64,000 nt of DNA, taken from Eledone cirrhosa (taxonomy: Eukaryota). The translations under genes were made by a program, and so were the position numbers. Location: positions 42,470,001 to 42,534,000 of the forward strand of contig OZ024742.1 in the NCBI GenBank assembly GCA_964016885.1. The letters are read 5' to 3'. This document shows, one piece after another, positions 13,582 to 27,420 of this stretch (positions within the stretch are counted from its first letter, which is position 1; the number at the start of each line of letters is the position of its first letter). A model generated the notes under the pieces. The model saw only the letters and a list, made by a program, of their open reading frames with translations. It was not told where the DNA came from and ran no database searches.

Positions 13582-14034
13582 CTACAATGTAATAAAAGAT
13601 GGGAACACTCCTTAAAATCACTGCCACAAGTAACATACTTCAGTATTAAAGCTATCACTTTATCTCTAAACTAACAGATTATTTACAACTACCATCTCTT
13701 AACCAGTATATACCACAACTTGTTAGCAAGGAAAACAGATGTTAAATGATGATGAATTTCTAGAACAACACAGCTCAATATTGATACAACATTACACTAC
13801 CTTAATGACACTATCCTTCCCACAAAGTCTAAAGAAATCTACACTACACTACACCACACCACACCTCAATACTGCTACACCATCACCCTAACAACACTTT
13901 CCCTCTCACTCTGTCCAGACACATCTACACCACGTCACACCACTATCCCTTGTTTGCTGTCCAGACGACAACGATGCCACCTCCAACGCCACCAGAGACA
14001 GGAAAGTCATAAAAACAATAAAGCTTATATATAC

Positions 14035-14112
14035 CTTGGCTTTGTTGACCCTGTCTTTTTTGAGGACTGAAATCTTGTCCTGAAAACTTTTGGTTGATAT
14101 TGCTTTGGTATT
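14035..14112 (-). CDS. DZIP1: DZIP1-like exon
   Basis: ttttcacag/gtatat; NTKAISTKSFQDKISVLKKDRVNKAK; phase 0/0. Confidence 0.8.
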
Positions 14113-14559
14113 CTGTGAAAAAGAGATAAAGAAAGACAATATATATAAATATAGGTACTTTTTCAGTCCTTTCACACCCACCTGCATGGGTGTACCTTTT
14201 CTTCCTTGATGTTGTTTGACTGCATGAGAAGATACCTGTTGACTGCAGTTTGCCATTTGGGGGTGGAGGAGATGAGCTTTCTTTAAGTCTTCATGTGGAG
14301 CAAGCAATGATGTCTCTAGAGAAAGCTGTTTGGTCATTCAGGGTGTGCCAAACGATGTTGTTGTCCCCAGATCAACACCAGACGACCAAAATCCAGAACC
14401 ACCTGCATGCTGGATTGTGACTGCAACTTCCAGTATTATCTTACACCTGCTGTTTTCACACTTTTCCCACTGCTACATGGCTTGGAGTGGTTGGTGATCA
14501 TGGACATGAGCCTGTGCAGTGGATTTTTTAGGTGATGTACAATGTGCATTGAACTGACC

Positions 14560-15380
14560 CCCACCGCTTACACCCGGGATTCATCTGTCATGGCCTAGCA
14601 AGCTGGGATGGTGTTATGCCCAGGGCAAAATTTACATGCTGGAACATCAGAATCATGCTAGACACAGCTGAGAGCAGTCGTCCAGAATGTTGCTCCACTC
14701 TAATTGCACACATGTTGTCAAGACTGAATGTTGACATTGCTACTCTCAGTGAAGTCCACTTTCCAGACGAAGGCAGCCTACAAGAGCATGGCACCAGATA
14801 CACCCTCTACTGGTCAGGAAAACCAGCAGCAGAGAGACGCCTTTCTGGCATGGGCTTCATGGTCAGGAACTCTATCGCTTCCAAACTTGAAAACCTGCCA
14901 ACAGGTTATTCTGACAACATCATCTCTATGCATCTCCCACTGAGTAAAGTAACCAACAATATGTCACACTCTTCAGTGTGTACTTCCCAACACTTCAAGC
15001 AGATCGTGTGGAAAAGAATGAGTTTTACTCTGATCTGCATAACCCTATGAATGACAAGGTCATAATCCTTGGTGATTTCAATGCCAGAGTGGGCCAAGAT
15101 TCTGTAGCTTGGGAGACATGGTGTTGGTAAATGCAATGACAATGAGTGCTTGCTGTTGGAGTTCTGCACAGAGCATCAACTCGTCATCCCGAACATCATC
15201 TTCCAGAAGAAAGACAATTTGAAAACAACTTGGATGCTTCTTTGGTTCAAATATTGGCACCTCATTGATTATATTCTAGTGCACCAGTGTGAACTGAAAG
15301 ACATCTTGCATACCTGAGTGATTCCCAGTGTGGAATGTCACACTGGCTATTGCCTCATTTGCTCAAAACCCCAAAAAGAC
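14560..15380 (+). pseudogene. Decayed RTE (BovB-like) endonuclease fragment, second RTE family
   Basis: CWNIRIMLD..RPE..LIAH.LSRLNVDIATLSEV.F..EGSL.E.G..YTLYWSG; later ILGDFNARVG; frameshifts and stops. Confidence 0.8.
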
Positions 15381-15769
15381 CAGGCCCTTAGGAAAAACTT
15401 CAAGAACAGCAAGGGCGTCATGTCTAGAATAAGGTACAATGAATACACTAATAGAACAAAGGATAAACTTATGGGCAGCCAATTTATAGTGAAAAAATTC
15501 CTATGTTGCATCCACAGGTAATATTTCAGGCAGGCCAGGGACATACCAATGAGTGGAAACTGTCACTCGCTCCTAGCGGATTTATATTTATCTTCTTGTG
15601 AGTTTGGCTAAATGAAGGGATTAAAGGTTAGGAGAATAGACCTAATTAAGCAGCTGGGTGGATGTTTGCCAAATTTGGAGAGTGTTAGCAAGAGTCATGA
15701 GTGTAGGCTGGCGTTCGGTTTAGAGTGTCTGTGGACTGATTGGAGCAATAACGGTCTTATTTATTTATG

Positions 15770-15810
<41 letters not shown>

Positions 15811-16474
15811 GAAGAATGGATGTAAAACAGTGATGATGATATATATATATATATATATCTAAAGAGAGAAATGAGGTCTGAGGTTAAAGATTAATAACTA
15901 ACATCAACAATTACACTGGATGTATCAAGGTTTGAACCTATGATCTGGAGGACAAACAGTAAAGGACTGTACTTTTATGGAAATCCACTACCTGCATATT
16001 TCTCTTAACTCTTTCTTACTGTATTTTTCAAATAATTAAAAAAATAATCAAGAATCTAGAATGATTTAGTAATATAACATTCTGGTTATTAAACTGATGT
16101 TTGGAACATAACTTAAATGTTCTTACATACTTTTAAAACTTACAATGCAATGATTTTAATGTTGTTGCCTTGATTGACATTTGTACCTTATTCTATGTAC
16201 TATACATGCACCTTTGATGGGTTGTAGTGCACCTGAGCACTGTACACAATAATTTCATTATTATTATTATTATTATTATAATAAAATGCACCCAGTAAAT
16301 TCTGTAAGGTGGCTGATGATAGGAAGGGCATCCAGCTGTAAAAACCTTAACAAAACCAGAAAATATGTAAGTAACATATGCCCCCCACCACTCACCTCCA
16401 GGAGAGCTATAAATCAGTTGTAACAGAGTATTTAGAAAATGGATAATGTAAAAGAAACAGTGTTAAAAACTTAC

Positions 16475-16598
16475 AGCAGGAAATCCTATTTTCTCCAATT
16501 TCTCAGTCAACAAATCAGCCATTTCAGATTTCATTTCTTTTAAAATCTTAGGATTTTCAGACACTTTGTACATCTTCTGCATCAGCTCATTGAAAACT
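16475..16598 (-). CDS. DZIP1: DZIP1-like exon
   Basis: cag/gtaagt; VFNELMQKMYKVSENPKILKEMKSEMADLLTEKLEKIGFPA (cf. DZIP1 'L..KLE.LGI'); phase 2/0. Confidence 0.82.
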
Positions 16599-17439
16599 CT
16601 GACAAATAAACAGACAGTAGTAACAGCAGTGATGGTGGTGGTGGTGTTGTTGTTGGCAGTGTTAATGGTGGTAGTGCAGATGGTAATGGTGGTCATAAGA
16701 GTTGTGGTAGTGCTGATGGTGGTTGTGCTGATTGTTGTTAGTGGTATTGGGGATGGTGGTGGTGTTGGGGATTTTGTTTGTTTTTCCGTGCTTGAATTTG
16801 TCTTCTCCAGAACAGCTTTTCACTGTTGCATTCCTTTGTCATTTCCACTGTGAAATTCAGCATCCAGAGATCAGCCCTCACCACTACTACACATGTTTAC
16901 TTCTACAGCTACCTTCCACTTGGAGTTCCTGATATTTCTTCACTCAACAATACATGACATGTCCATACCAGTGCAACCTTTTCTTTTCTCTTACACACTA
17001 TATGAGTCTTCTTATGCCCAGTTTTTCCATCAACTCATCTGTGTTTTATCTTTCATGCACACTATCATTATACATTCAACAAAGTATGGGCAGTAGATTA
17101 GCAGAGCGTCGCACAACATGCTTCACGGCATAGAGTTATGGCCCTTTATGCTCTAAGTTCAAATCCCAACAAGGTTAGTTTTGCCTTTCATCCTTACGGG
17201 GCCGATAGAATAAAGCAACAGTAATGCACAGAGGTTGATTTAATTGACTTTTTCCTCCCTTAAAGTTGTTGGCCTTGTGCCTAAATCAGAAACCATTACA
17301 CATTCAGTGAAGCATGCAGGCTTCACACATCCTCTGAATTCAAAGCCCATGTCTCACTACCTTGCAGCATCATATAATCTATCCTTCACTCAACGAGAGA
17401 ATCCATTTGTTGCCAGCAGAGCTACTGTAATAACATATC

Positions 17440-17720
17440 TTATTAAAATGCACCCAGTACACTCTGCAAAGTGTTAGTGCTGGCGCTATGATAAAATGTA
17501 CCCAATTCACTCACTGTAAAGTAGTAGTGTTACTGACACAATAAAATGTATTCGGTACACTCTGTCAAGTGGTAGTGCTGGTGCCATGATATGCACCCAA
17601 TATATTCTGTAAAGATGTATTGTTGGATCCTAATAAGACGTACCCACTACACTCTGTAAAGATGTAGAGTTTGTGTCACGATAAAATGCACTTAGTAAAC
17701 TCTGTAAAGTGGTTAGCATT
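17440..17720 (+). repeat. Tandem ~55-bp copies of RTE/SINE 3'-tail motif
   Basis: About five degenerate copies of ataaaatgcacccagtacactctgtaaagtggtag. Confidence 0.65.
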
Positions 17721-18122
17721 AGCAGAGACAACCTGTCCATTCCATGATAGCATGGAAAGTAGACATAAAATGATAATGATATACCTGTGTATAGAATCAA
17801 ATAGAATCAAATACAGTATGCAAAATTGACTGGTATGGACATGTGATGCATATGGATGATGACTTTTGGATGAAGAAATGCCAAGAGTTCCCAGTGGAAT
17901 GAAACTGAAGTAGAGAAAGACCAAGGAAGACCTGGGTAGAAGTGGTGAGAGCAGATCTTGAAATACTGAACCTGTCAGAGGATACAACAAAGGAACGCAG
18001 TAGATGGAGGGCAGCTGTGCTGGAAAAGATTCATCCAGCCAATACAGGCATGGAAAATATATATCTGTATGTACGATAATGATGATGTACCTATACATAA
18101 ATGAAATAAAAATATAACTTAC

Positions 18123-18159
18123 TGGCTGTCATAGACACTACTCTGGGTGCCATAATCCA
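18123..18159 (-). CDS. DZIP1: DZIP1-like 37-bp small exon
   Basis: tttcag/gtaagt; (V)DYGTQSSVYDS; bridges phase 1 to phase 2 exactly as required by flanking exons. Confidence 0.75.
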
Positions 18160-19414
18160 CTGAAATATAAAAAAAAATCACACATTATACTGTAGAACTT
18201 AATTATGAGATTTTCTCCACCCTGAAAATAGAAGATTATTAGATGTTACAGAAGTTCTAGTCAACATTTCCCTATCATACTAATCATTTTTGCTGTGAAA
18301 TAAACTCTTTTGTTACTATATTTCTAAAGTGTTGTTGAACCTCTGTTAGTTCCGACGACAAGTGTTCCAATAATTTTGATCAATGGAAGAGCCCACTTGT
18401 GGAATTAATGTGCAAGTAGCTGAGTATTCCATAGTCATGTGTACATTGTAGTCCTTAGGGAAATTCAGTGTGGCAGAGTATATGACAAGGCCGATCCTTT
18501 GAGTTACAGGTACACTCATTTTTTCCAGCTAAGTGAACAGGAGCAATGTAAACTTGTTCAAAGACTCAATGCACAGCCTGGAATCATACTTGGGAACTTA
18601 CAATTGTGAGCCAAATACACAAACTGCAAAGCCATACACCTTCAATAATGATATACACTGTCTTAGAATAAATGGAGAATTTGGAAAGATTTACTAAAAT
18701 TATTAAATATTTCATTATTAAAATGATATAGGGCAGTGGAGTGAAAGTATCAATAGAGTGTTGGATGATATGCTTTGTTGTATTTAATTATGAATTTCTA
18801 CATTCTGAATTCAAATCCTGCCATAGTTAACTTTGCCACTCATTCTTCCAAGGTGATTAAAATATAGCATTAGTCAAGTGCTGGGGTTGATATAATTGAC
18901 CTTCCCCTTCCCCCAAATAGCTGTCCTTGTGCCTATGTTAGAAATAACCTTTAAAGATAATATTTGTAACATAGTTAACAAATGGTTCTTTTATAAAATC
19001 ATGCTGGAAGAGTTTAATTTAAATAGGAGCCTAACATTTTTCATAACCAAACCAAAACTGCCTCTGGTTCTATGAAACAAAACCACCCATTTTAATAGGT
19101 TCCTATTTAAATTAAAATTTTCCAATAAAATTTTAAAATATACTAGAATAAAATAAGTCTAGTAAATCCCTGAAAATGTTTTCATTAAATAATTTAAATA
19201 GAGAGTGTTTTATTAGAAACAATTATGAAAGTGTTAAAGCAGGTGGTTTTGTTTCATAGAACCGGAGTCAGTTTTGGGTGGATCAGTGTCAAAAGGGTTA
19301 ACTCTGTTGTCTTACTCAGTGATATCTTCAATCTGCTGGTATATATAGGTGCCACATTATGTGAGGTGTTTATGGAGCAGGGTGTCACTCTACATTTCCC
19401 TCCTCCAGCAACAT

Positions 19415-19580
19415 GAGTGTCACCTATCATTAAGTGTGAGTGAGGTAGAAGAAGACCGTTTCACTCCACATTTCTCACTCTCAGCAACACGAGTGTCAAC
19501 CTATTATTAAGTGTGAGTGAGGTGGAAGAAGACTGTCTCACTCTCAGCAAAACGAGTGTCACTTAGCATTAAGTGTAGGT
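19415..19580. repeat. Short tandem duplication (~65-75 bp, ~2.5 copies)
   Basis: gagtgtcacctatcattaagtgtgagtgagg recurs three times. Confidence 0.7.
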
Positions 19581-20678
19581 AGGTGTGATGGAGTCACATG
19601 TCCCACTCATCATATCTCATTAACCCCTTTGATAAAAGCCCCATGAAACAGGCCCTGGTTTGATTTATTTTAAAGTGTTTATAGTTATTAAAAATCTTCC
19701 GTCATAATTTTATTTAAGAACCTTAGTTATGTTATGTTCCAAACATCAGCTTATATTTTAAAAAAAATTAGTTTACTACTAAATATCTATAAATTGTTGA
19801 TTATTTTCAAAATGATTTGAAAATTTGAAAAGCAGCAGTAGTATCTTTCTTTAGAAATATGGTAATGAAAAGGGGTTGAGTCCTAATTCCTACGAAAATC
19901 TTTAATATTTAAAACATTACATTAATCATTTTGCTACCATATTTCTAATAAAAAGCAGTGATATGATTTCCAAATTTTGAGAAAAAAAAACGTTTTTAAT
20001 CTGGAAAAATTTAGTAAAACAACTAACCTTTTCATTTGCAAGTTGTTATTTGGAATATAACTTAAAGGTTTTTCTATAAAATCATAATGGCAAATTTTTA
20101 GAAACATATATACATTAAAATAAACTGCTGTGCATCATAGAACCAGGGTTTATTTCAGACAATTTGGTATCACTAGTCTCACAACTAGACCTCCTCTCCA
20201 TTACAACATTCACTGTAAGGTGAGATATACAATCTATATATAAATTTGAGCGACTTCCGTCTGTCAGTCCATCACACAATGTGTGTGTGTCTGTGTGAAT
20301 GAATCTGTATGTAAAAGGATGAAAGGGGATGGTGAAAAAACTATACCAAAACAGCTGCTGGCGTTCCATTTGCTAGACTGTGTGTGAGTGTGTGTAAATG
20401 TATGTGTGTTTGTGTGAATGTATGTGTGTTTGTGTGAATGTATGTGTTTGTGTGAATGTATGTGTATTTGTGTGAATGTATGTCTGTGAGTGTGTATTAT
20501 TGTAAGCGTGCCTGTGTTTGCTCGTTTATATTTATATGCACATACATACACGCACACCCATATACACATACACGTCAGCGTGTTGAAAAATAATCCTAGT
20601 AAAAATATAATTCCACCAAATAAGTTATTTGCCCAACTTATACTAGCATGGAGAAGCAGATATAAAGGTAGACTTTAC

Positions 20679-20904
20679 CTTCACTGTTTCTTTCGCCATC
20701 ATCGTCGTCATCTTCCTCCTCATCATCATCATCCTCCTCATCATCATCATCTTCAATGTTATTCATCTCCTTATCACTTTCCTCTTCCTCATCATCTTCA
20801 ATTTCCTCGACCATATCTATTACCCTGTCAACATCTCTGTCTTTCTCTGAAGGTACTTTAAAACTAAAAGATTCCCCTAATGTCTTCTTTTCTATAGGAA
20901 GGGC
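20679..20904 (-). CDS. DZIP1: DZIP1-like exon with long acidic D/E tract
   Basis: tag/gtaaag; ALPIEKKTLGESF...EEIEDDEEEESDKEMNNIEDDDDEEDDDDEEEDDDDDGERNSE; phase 0/1. Confidence 0.78.
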
Positions 20905-21103
20905 CTAACAAAAGAAAAAGCAGAAAATACATTGAAATCTTACATAACAACATATGTAATTCAATTTCAACAGATCAGAGCAAGTTGTGTCTCTGATGTG
21001 ATTTTAACACACACCAAAATTAATATCCCACAGTACCAACACACACACGTGCACACAATACAAGACACTACTAATAACACACATAAAAACAAGCAGGTCA
21101 TAC

Positions 21104-21220
21104 CTCTATATTTGATATTGGAATTGTATTCTCAGATTTTGGGAAAAAATTCAGCTTCCTTTTGGAAGCTTTCGTCGCTGCTGGGACCTTCATTCTTTTC
21201 CCATGGTTTTTCTCTTGGGT
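21104..21220 (-). CDS. DZIP1: DZIP1-like exon
   Basis: aag acceptor/gtatga donor; TQEKNHGKRMKVPAATKASKRKLNFFPKSENTIPISNIE; phase 0/0; acceptor less certain. Confidence 0.65.
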
Positions 21221-21823
21221 CTTTTAGAGATAAACAATTTAGACATACATATCAACACCTTGGAATGACAAAGTATATCAAATATAAATTGGCACCATAT
21301 ATTACTGGTACCTAACATAAATGCAAGTTACAACACAGTCAATGTGTATTTCCATATGTACAGCTGTAAAAGACAAAGAGAAACAAATCTCACTTTGGAT
21401 ATTACAGAGTTCTTCAGTGGTTAACACACAGAAATCTTGGATATCACACAGATTTCTCCCTGGAAATCATACATAATTCTCCCGGGATGTACCACAGTTA
21501 TCTCCCTGTATATGACACCGTTCTATGAAACATTTCACAAATTGAAGTCAGCACTATGAAGCATTTATCAATTCTACAGTACTGCCACTGTTTACAGTTG
21601 GGTGGACTGCACCTCACTTTAGTACTTACTTAAAGCTAGGTAGACGGCGGCACAGTACTGTATTTTGCAGCCAGAGTACCAGAAGACAACTGTTGTAACT
21701 ATTTTATATCCATCATGTATATTTTTTACATTTGTGAAACACGAAATTTCTAATAAAGAAACAAGCTGTCATGTAATAGCTAGAATACCATGCTAAGAGA
21801 AGTTTTATAATTGTATAGCTAAC

Positions 21824-21898
21824 CTGTAAGAGTTCTGTCATGTGTTTTGTCTTCATCTCATCCATCTGCAAGTGCCATTTTTTCTCTTGTTCTTTCAG
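21824..21898 (-). CDS. DZIP1: DZIP1-like exon (coiled coil)
   Basis: cag/gttagc; LKEQEKKWHLQMDEMKTKHMTELLQ; phase 0/0. Confidence 0.8.
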
Positions 21899-22006
21899 CT
21901 GAGAAGCAAAGTTTTTCTCAAGGGTGTGAATCTAGACACAAATTAAACAGTAAAATCCCAAATATATACATCTCTCTCTCCCTCTCATATATATACATAT
22001 ATATAT

Positions 22007-22200
22007 CAGACCTGCCAACCTCTAAAAACCCAAACAGGAATCCCATGAAAAGAAGTGGTTCAAAACGGGGAGAAATGGGGCAAAATGGGGAGATTTTACA
22101 TAATGAAAGCTATACCCATTTTCACAAGAGAAGATATCTCTCACCCACCCTAAAGTAGGTGGGATATTTCCCCATCGGACGGGGAGAGTTGACGGGTCTG
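22007..22200. mobile_element. MITE (hAT-like termini) inserted in an AT tract
   Basis: TIRs cagacctgccaac...gttgacgggtctg flanked by atatat on both sides. Confidence 0.7.
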
Positions 22201-22359
22201 ATATATACACACACACATACACAACAAAACAACCATTTTATGAAGCACAGGGCGAAATTTGAAATTTTGAAAATATGTTAGCTTGTAAAAGCTGGCACAA
22301 CATATATTTGATACTTTATTTTATAGTTGAATATTTAAACATGCATAAACAGCTTTTGC

Positions 22360-23200
22360 TACCTAGGTGACTGAATTCGCAGCGGAGGTGGGTGTTCGGA
22401 AAGTAAAATAACTAGGGTAAGAACGGGATGGAAGAAGTTCAGGGAGCTACTGCCACTGCTAGTTGCAAAAGGCTTTTCCCTCAAAATGAAAGGCAGACTG
22501 TATGATGCGTGTATACGAACAGCAATGTTACATGGTAGTGAGACCTGGGCACTGTCTGTAGAAGACTTGCATAGATTAAAAAGAAATGAAGCTTGCATGC
22601 TGCAATGGATGTGTAATAGTAATATACGAGAATGGCAAAGCATAAATGAATTGAGAGAGAGACTGAGCATAAAAGAAATCAAATGCTGTGTGGAGGAGAG
22701 GAGGTTGCGTTGGCCTGGACATGTGATGCGTATGAAGGATGACAGCTGCATAAAAAGGTGCAGAGCACTAGAAGTCAATGGAAGCCGTGGAGTGGGGAGA
22801 CCCAAGAAGACCTCGGATGAGGTGATAAAAGCCAACCTTACCCAATTGCACCTCTCAAAGACAATGACACACACATCGTAAACTTTGGCATCACGCACTA
22901 ATACAGAAGACCCGACCTCCCATGGATACAAGCCGAAGCTGAAGCATATAGACAATATACCCTCAACCCCTCCCACTGCAAAGTGGGAGGGGAGGTGCTA
23001 CAGCAAAAAAGCACCCAGCCCACACTGTAAATGAGGTTGGTGTTAGAAAGGGTATCCAGCAGTAGAAATCAAGCCTGAATCAGTTCCCGTATGAGCAAGA
23101 CAAGGTCAGCCGAATGGACACTGCCCACAACAGGACAACCCGTTTAACCCATGTTAGCGTGGAAGAATGGACGTAAAACGGTGATGATGATAATGATGAT
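22360..23200 (+). mobile_element. 5'-truncated RTE copy (related subfamily)
   Basis: Begins at YLGD; encodes MKGRLYDACIRTAMLHGSETWAL...; 3' UTR and (GAT)n tail. Confidence 0.9.
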
Positions 23201-23204
23201 GATT

Positions 23205-23910
23205 GTGGCAGCATTTACAAGCTAACATACTTTCAATGTGTGCGTGTAAGGTATTGTGAGATCCTGGGTAGGCTCACACAGAAGGTAGCTATCAAATGTG
23301 ATAGGTGCACAGAAATAGTCATCAGTGAGGTTACTCTAGAAATAGTAAATAGCTTTGGCCATCTTGGAGCCCTCATTAGCAATGGAGGTGGATATACTAA
23401 AAGTGTACTATCTAGAATGAGAATGTGGTAGATGTTCAGGAAGCTGGTGTCTCTGCTGGCAGAGATAATGGCTTCCTGAGACCTTCTTTCTCAGACTGAA
23501 GGGCAGATTATATGATACTTTTGTTCAAACATGACAACTAATTGTAGGCTTTTAGTGTATAAGATTTATAATGACATGCATGCCCCATTGGCTGTGTAAT
23601 GTTACTATATATGAACAATGGATCTCAAGTGAACTGAGAGAAAAGCTGTGTATCAGAAGAATCAAATGTGCAAGAGAGATGATTGCACTGGTAAAGTCAT
23701 TTGATGCATATGTAGAGTGAGTGTTGTGTAAAAAAAAAGGGCAGAGCACTTGAAGTAGATGGAACCAGTGTAAGAGGGAGACCAAGGAAGACATGGAATG
23801 AAATTGGGAGGAATGGTCTCAAAGACTACATAATGAAAGCAATGATACAGGATTATGATAACTGCTGACTTATCATACTAGAAAAGACCTGTCTACCAGT
23901 ACTAGCACTG
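23205..23910 (+). mobile_element. Old degenerate RTE RT fragment
   Basis: KCDRC..LEIVNSF.HLG..ISNGGG..KSV..R remnants, ctgaagggcagattatatgat. Confidence 0.65.
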
Positions 23911-24734
23911 CAAAGCTAAAAGTAAATAGGAGATCACATGGAGTAGAGATGACCTCTTTTAGTCAGTAGAGAACTTCTCTAGTGTCAGTGTTACAATGGA
24001 ACACACCTAATACCCACTTTGAAGAGGTGGATGATCAGACCTAGTCAAGATAGAGTAAAGAGGACCCTTTGGTTTTGTTCCTGTCGAGGATTTGGTAACT
24101 TCTCCAGTGTTGGTAACATGATAAAATACACCCTTTACAATCAGTTGTTGGTGAAAGGGGACAATATAATAAATAGTGAGTGCAGTGGCTGTGTTTAGGT
24201 AAAGATACTTTATAATAATAATGAAAAAATTGTGTACAGTGCTCAGGTGCACTACAATAATATAGAGTAGAGTAGACTAGACTCATGTGTCTTTCTGAGT
24301 ACATGACAACCTCTCTAGTGCTGATGCCATAATAAATTGCAAAGGATGTGAGAGCATTGATATAGAAACTGGATAAGCTAGAATGAAGGTATAGCAGAGG
24401 GGTGTAATGGTAGAGAGGCTTCGAAGGAGGGAATAATAGAGGAGCAACAGTAATGAAAGAAGAAAGTGAGCATGATGGAAGAAATGGTATGAGAGAGAGT
24501 AATAGCAGCTATATACATGTTTGCTGGTGAGGGGGCAAGTAGTGAGTGGCAGAAGAGAAATGGATGTCAATGAGATGGGGGTCTTAGAAAAAAGAATTAA
24601 TGGCTGACAACATACAGTGAGTGATGGTAAGATATATGAGCCCTCATAATGTAATCACCAGGATATGAGAGGGAAGTGACTGATAGTTAATGACAGAGGA
24701 GTTAATACAGACAGAATTAGAGGTAATTTGTTAT

Positions 24735-25326
24735 GTAGATAGTATAGTGGGGTAGAATGGTATATAGGTTGGTGTGGCTGTGTGGTATATAGTATGTTGT
24801 AGCTGTGTGGGAGAGTGTTGTATAGGATGGTGTAGCTGTGTGGTATACAGGATGGTGTTGTTATGTGGTAGAGTGGTATATAGGATGGTGTAGCTTTGTG
24901 GTAGAATGGGATATAGTATGGTGTGGCTGAGAGATACATAGGATGGTGTGGTAGAGTGGTATATAATATGTTGTGGTAGAGTGGTATATAATTGTGTGGT
25001 AGAGTGGTATACTGGATGGTGTAGCTGTGTGGTAGAGTGGTATATAGAATGTTGTTGTTGTGTGGTAGAGTGGTATATAGAATGTTGTGGTAGAGTGGTA
25101 TATAGAATGGTGTTGTTGTGTGGTAGAGTGGTATATAGAATGTTATTGTGTGGTAGAGTGGTATATAGAATGGTGTTGTTGTGTGGTAGAGTGGTATATA
25201 GAATGGTGTAGTTGTGTGGTAGAGTGGTATATAGAATGGTGTTGTGTGGTAGAGTGGTATATAGTATGTTGTGGCTGTGTGGTAGAGTGGTGTATAGGAG
25301 GGTGTAGTTGTGTGGTAGAGTGGTAG
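24735..25326. repeat. G/T-rich minisatellite, 25-33 bp variable unit
   Basis: gtggtagagtggtatatagaatggtgttgttgt repeated, degenerate toward left. Confidence 0.9.
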
Positions 25327-25416
25327 ATCCTTCATCAAATCTTGAAGCCAGGAGCTGTGTCCATAGTTCTGACTGCCTACTTATTTAACCATTCCAAACT
25401 GTCAATAATATTTTAC

Positions 25417-25652
25417 CTGTTTCTGCATCAGCTTTTCTGAATGTTTTCTAAACTCAACTAAATCTTCCTGACTTTGTTTTGGTGTTAGAGAAGTTACAGA
25501 GCTGTCTCCCTGCTGTTGCAACATTAATGACTTTTTTCTTTTGCCACTCTCTTTCACAGTTGGTCTTGATATTTTCTTTGGTAATTCTTCAGGAAGAGCA
25601 TCAACTTCATCATCATCATCATAAATAGCACCCAAGTTTGTTTGCTTGACAG
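25417..25652 (-). CDS. DZIP1: DZIP1-like exon
   Basis: tag/gtaaaa; (S)VKQTNLGAIYDDDDEV...FRKHSEKLMQKQ; phase 1/0 fits neighbours. Confidence 0.82.
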
Positions 25653-26190
25653 CTACAAAGTAAAGATAGTAAAATCAGCAGGTTCAGTGATGCATAATAT
25701 ATATTAAAAAAAAGGGTAAAAGGGTAAAGACCTGCTTTCCACTTAGAAAGTGCCACTTTGAGGCACAAGTTAGGGTAAGGTGTTTTTGGTGGATGACCAG
25801 CAGTTACCCATGCATACCAGTCTCTCATCTTCGCACCATCGTGTGTGTATTGGTATCCAGTCATAACTACTATATATGTCTATGGTGGAAGATGTTAATT
25901 TAAATAGAAACTCTTTCAAATGGGCGATTTTGGATGCTACACTATTAGAGTTAACTTGCAGAGCTTGGTTTAATTCCTTACATGGCTATATTTTGGAAAG
26001 AGCAGAGCTCTACCAAAGTGACTTACTTCAAAATACACTACATGATTGATACTTCTACAACATCATGGATAATTTGAAATTACCATGTTTAGGTTACTCC
26101 AGGAATTAGCTGAGTACAAATTGTAACTAACTGGATGGGGCAGATTTTAAATATGTAGAGAATGAAACAAATCCATGAGTTTAAACTTAC

Positions 26191-26275
26191 AAAATTTTTC
26201 CAGTATCTTTTTAATATTGGCTTCATGTTGTAAATCCCTTTCATGGAACAGCTTCTGAAGATTGGCAATTTCTTT
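26191..26275 (-). CDS. DZIP1: DZIP1-like exon (coiled coil)
   Basis: cag/gtaagt; KEIANLQKLFHERDLQHEANIKKILEKF; phase 0/1. Confidence 0.8.
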
Positions 26276-27199
26276 CTGGAAAATTATTAGAGTAAAAATA
26301 TGTTATTTGAATAATATAGGACTTCAATAAACCTCAGCATGGTACAGCATCACAAAGACTAGGTTTACAATTCATGACAACAAAATGCTTCAATCCCATC
26401 AGTCTTGATCCTCTACAAAGCTCAAGTATGACCCACAATTAGTGTACAGGGTACAGATATGAATGAACAGTTAAGATCTTTGCTTTACAATCATGAGGCC
26501 TGAGATTCAATGCCACTGTATGGTACCTTGGACATGCTTTTACCATTAGATCAATCCACATCTTGTAATATATTGTCAACACTGGTTTGGCCTGAGAATT
26601 ATACAATAAGAATACACAGATCTGTGGAATAGTCAGCCACTTACAAATTAATTTAACAAGTTAGATGACCAGTTGATTGAACAAATGAATGTTTGTAGTT
26701 GAAATTGACAGAGCATTCATAACTGCTCACATACCTGAATAATGTACATACTAAAAGAAAAGAGAGAATGGTAAATGCCGTAGAATAGCAGAATCCACTG
26801 TTTTGTGGGATTTAATTACAGCACTTTACATTCTGAGTTCATATACCTGTTGGATTGATTTTTGATTTTTTCTGAATTGATAAAATATAGTACCAGTGAA
26901 ATCATCATCATCATTTAACATTCACTTTCCCTGCTAGTAAGGATTGTACAAGTTTTCACTGACTGAATCAGTACTGAAATGGGCCTACTGACTTGCCAGA
27001 TAGTTTGTGGGTCTGCACCATGCTTACATATGGTCCTATACTTTACTAAGTACATTTTATCATAGTACCAGCACTGATTTTGATTAATAAAATAAAATAC
27101 TAGGGAAGTATTGATTTCAAGTACCCTTTTTCAAAAAATTAATGAACTTGAACTTATGACATCATCATCATCATCATCATCATCATTATTATTATTAAA

Positions 27200-27420
27200 G
27201 GGTGGTGGATTAACAAGTATAGGTAGAGCATTGGACAACATACTTTGCAGTATAGAGTTACAGCCCTTTATGTTGAACTCAAATCCTGCTACGGTTAGCT
27301 TTACTTTTCACCCTTATGGGGTCGATAAAATAATGTACCAGTTATACACTGGGATCGATTTAATCGACTTTCCTCTCCCATTCAAATTGCTGGCCTTGTG
27401 TCTAAAGTAGAAACAATTAT
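27200..27420 (+). mobile_element. tRNA-derived SINE (second family)
   Basis: Shares tcaaatcc..ggttagcttt..tttcatcc..ggggtcgataaaataa..tacca with 17085-17295 and 28955-29175. Confidence 0.65.

Noticed and set aside
24655-25338. 227-aa YIPLYHTT repeat ORF and antisense VVEWY ORFs
   Set aside because: Translations of a minisatellite.
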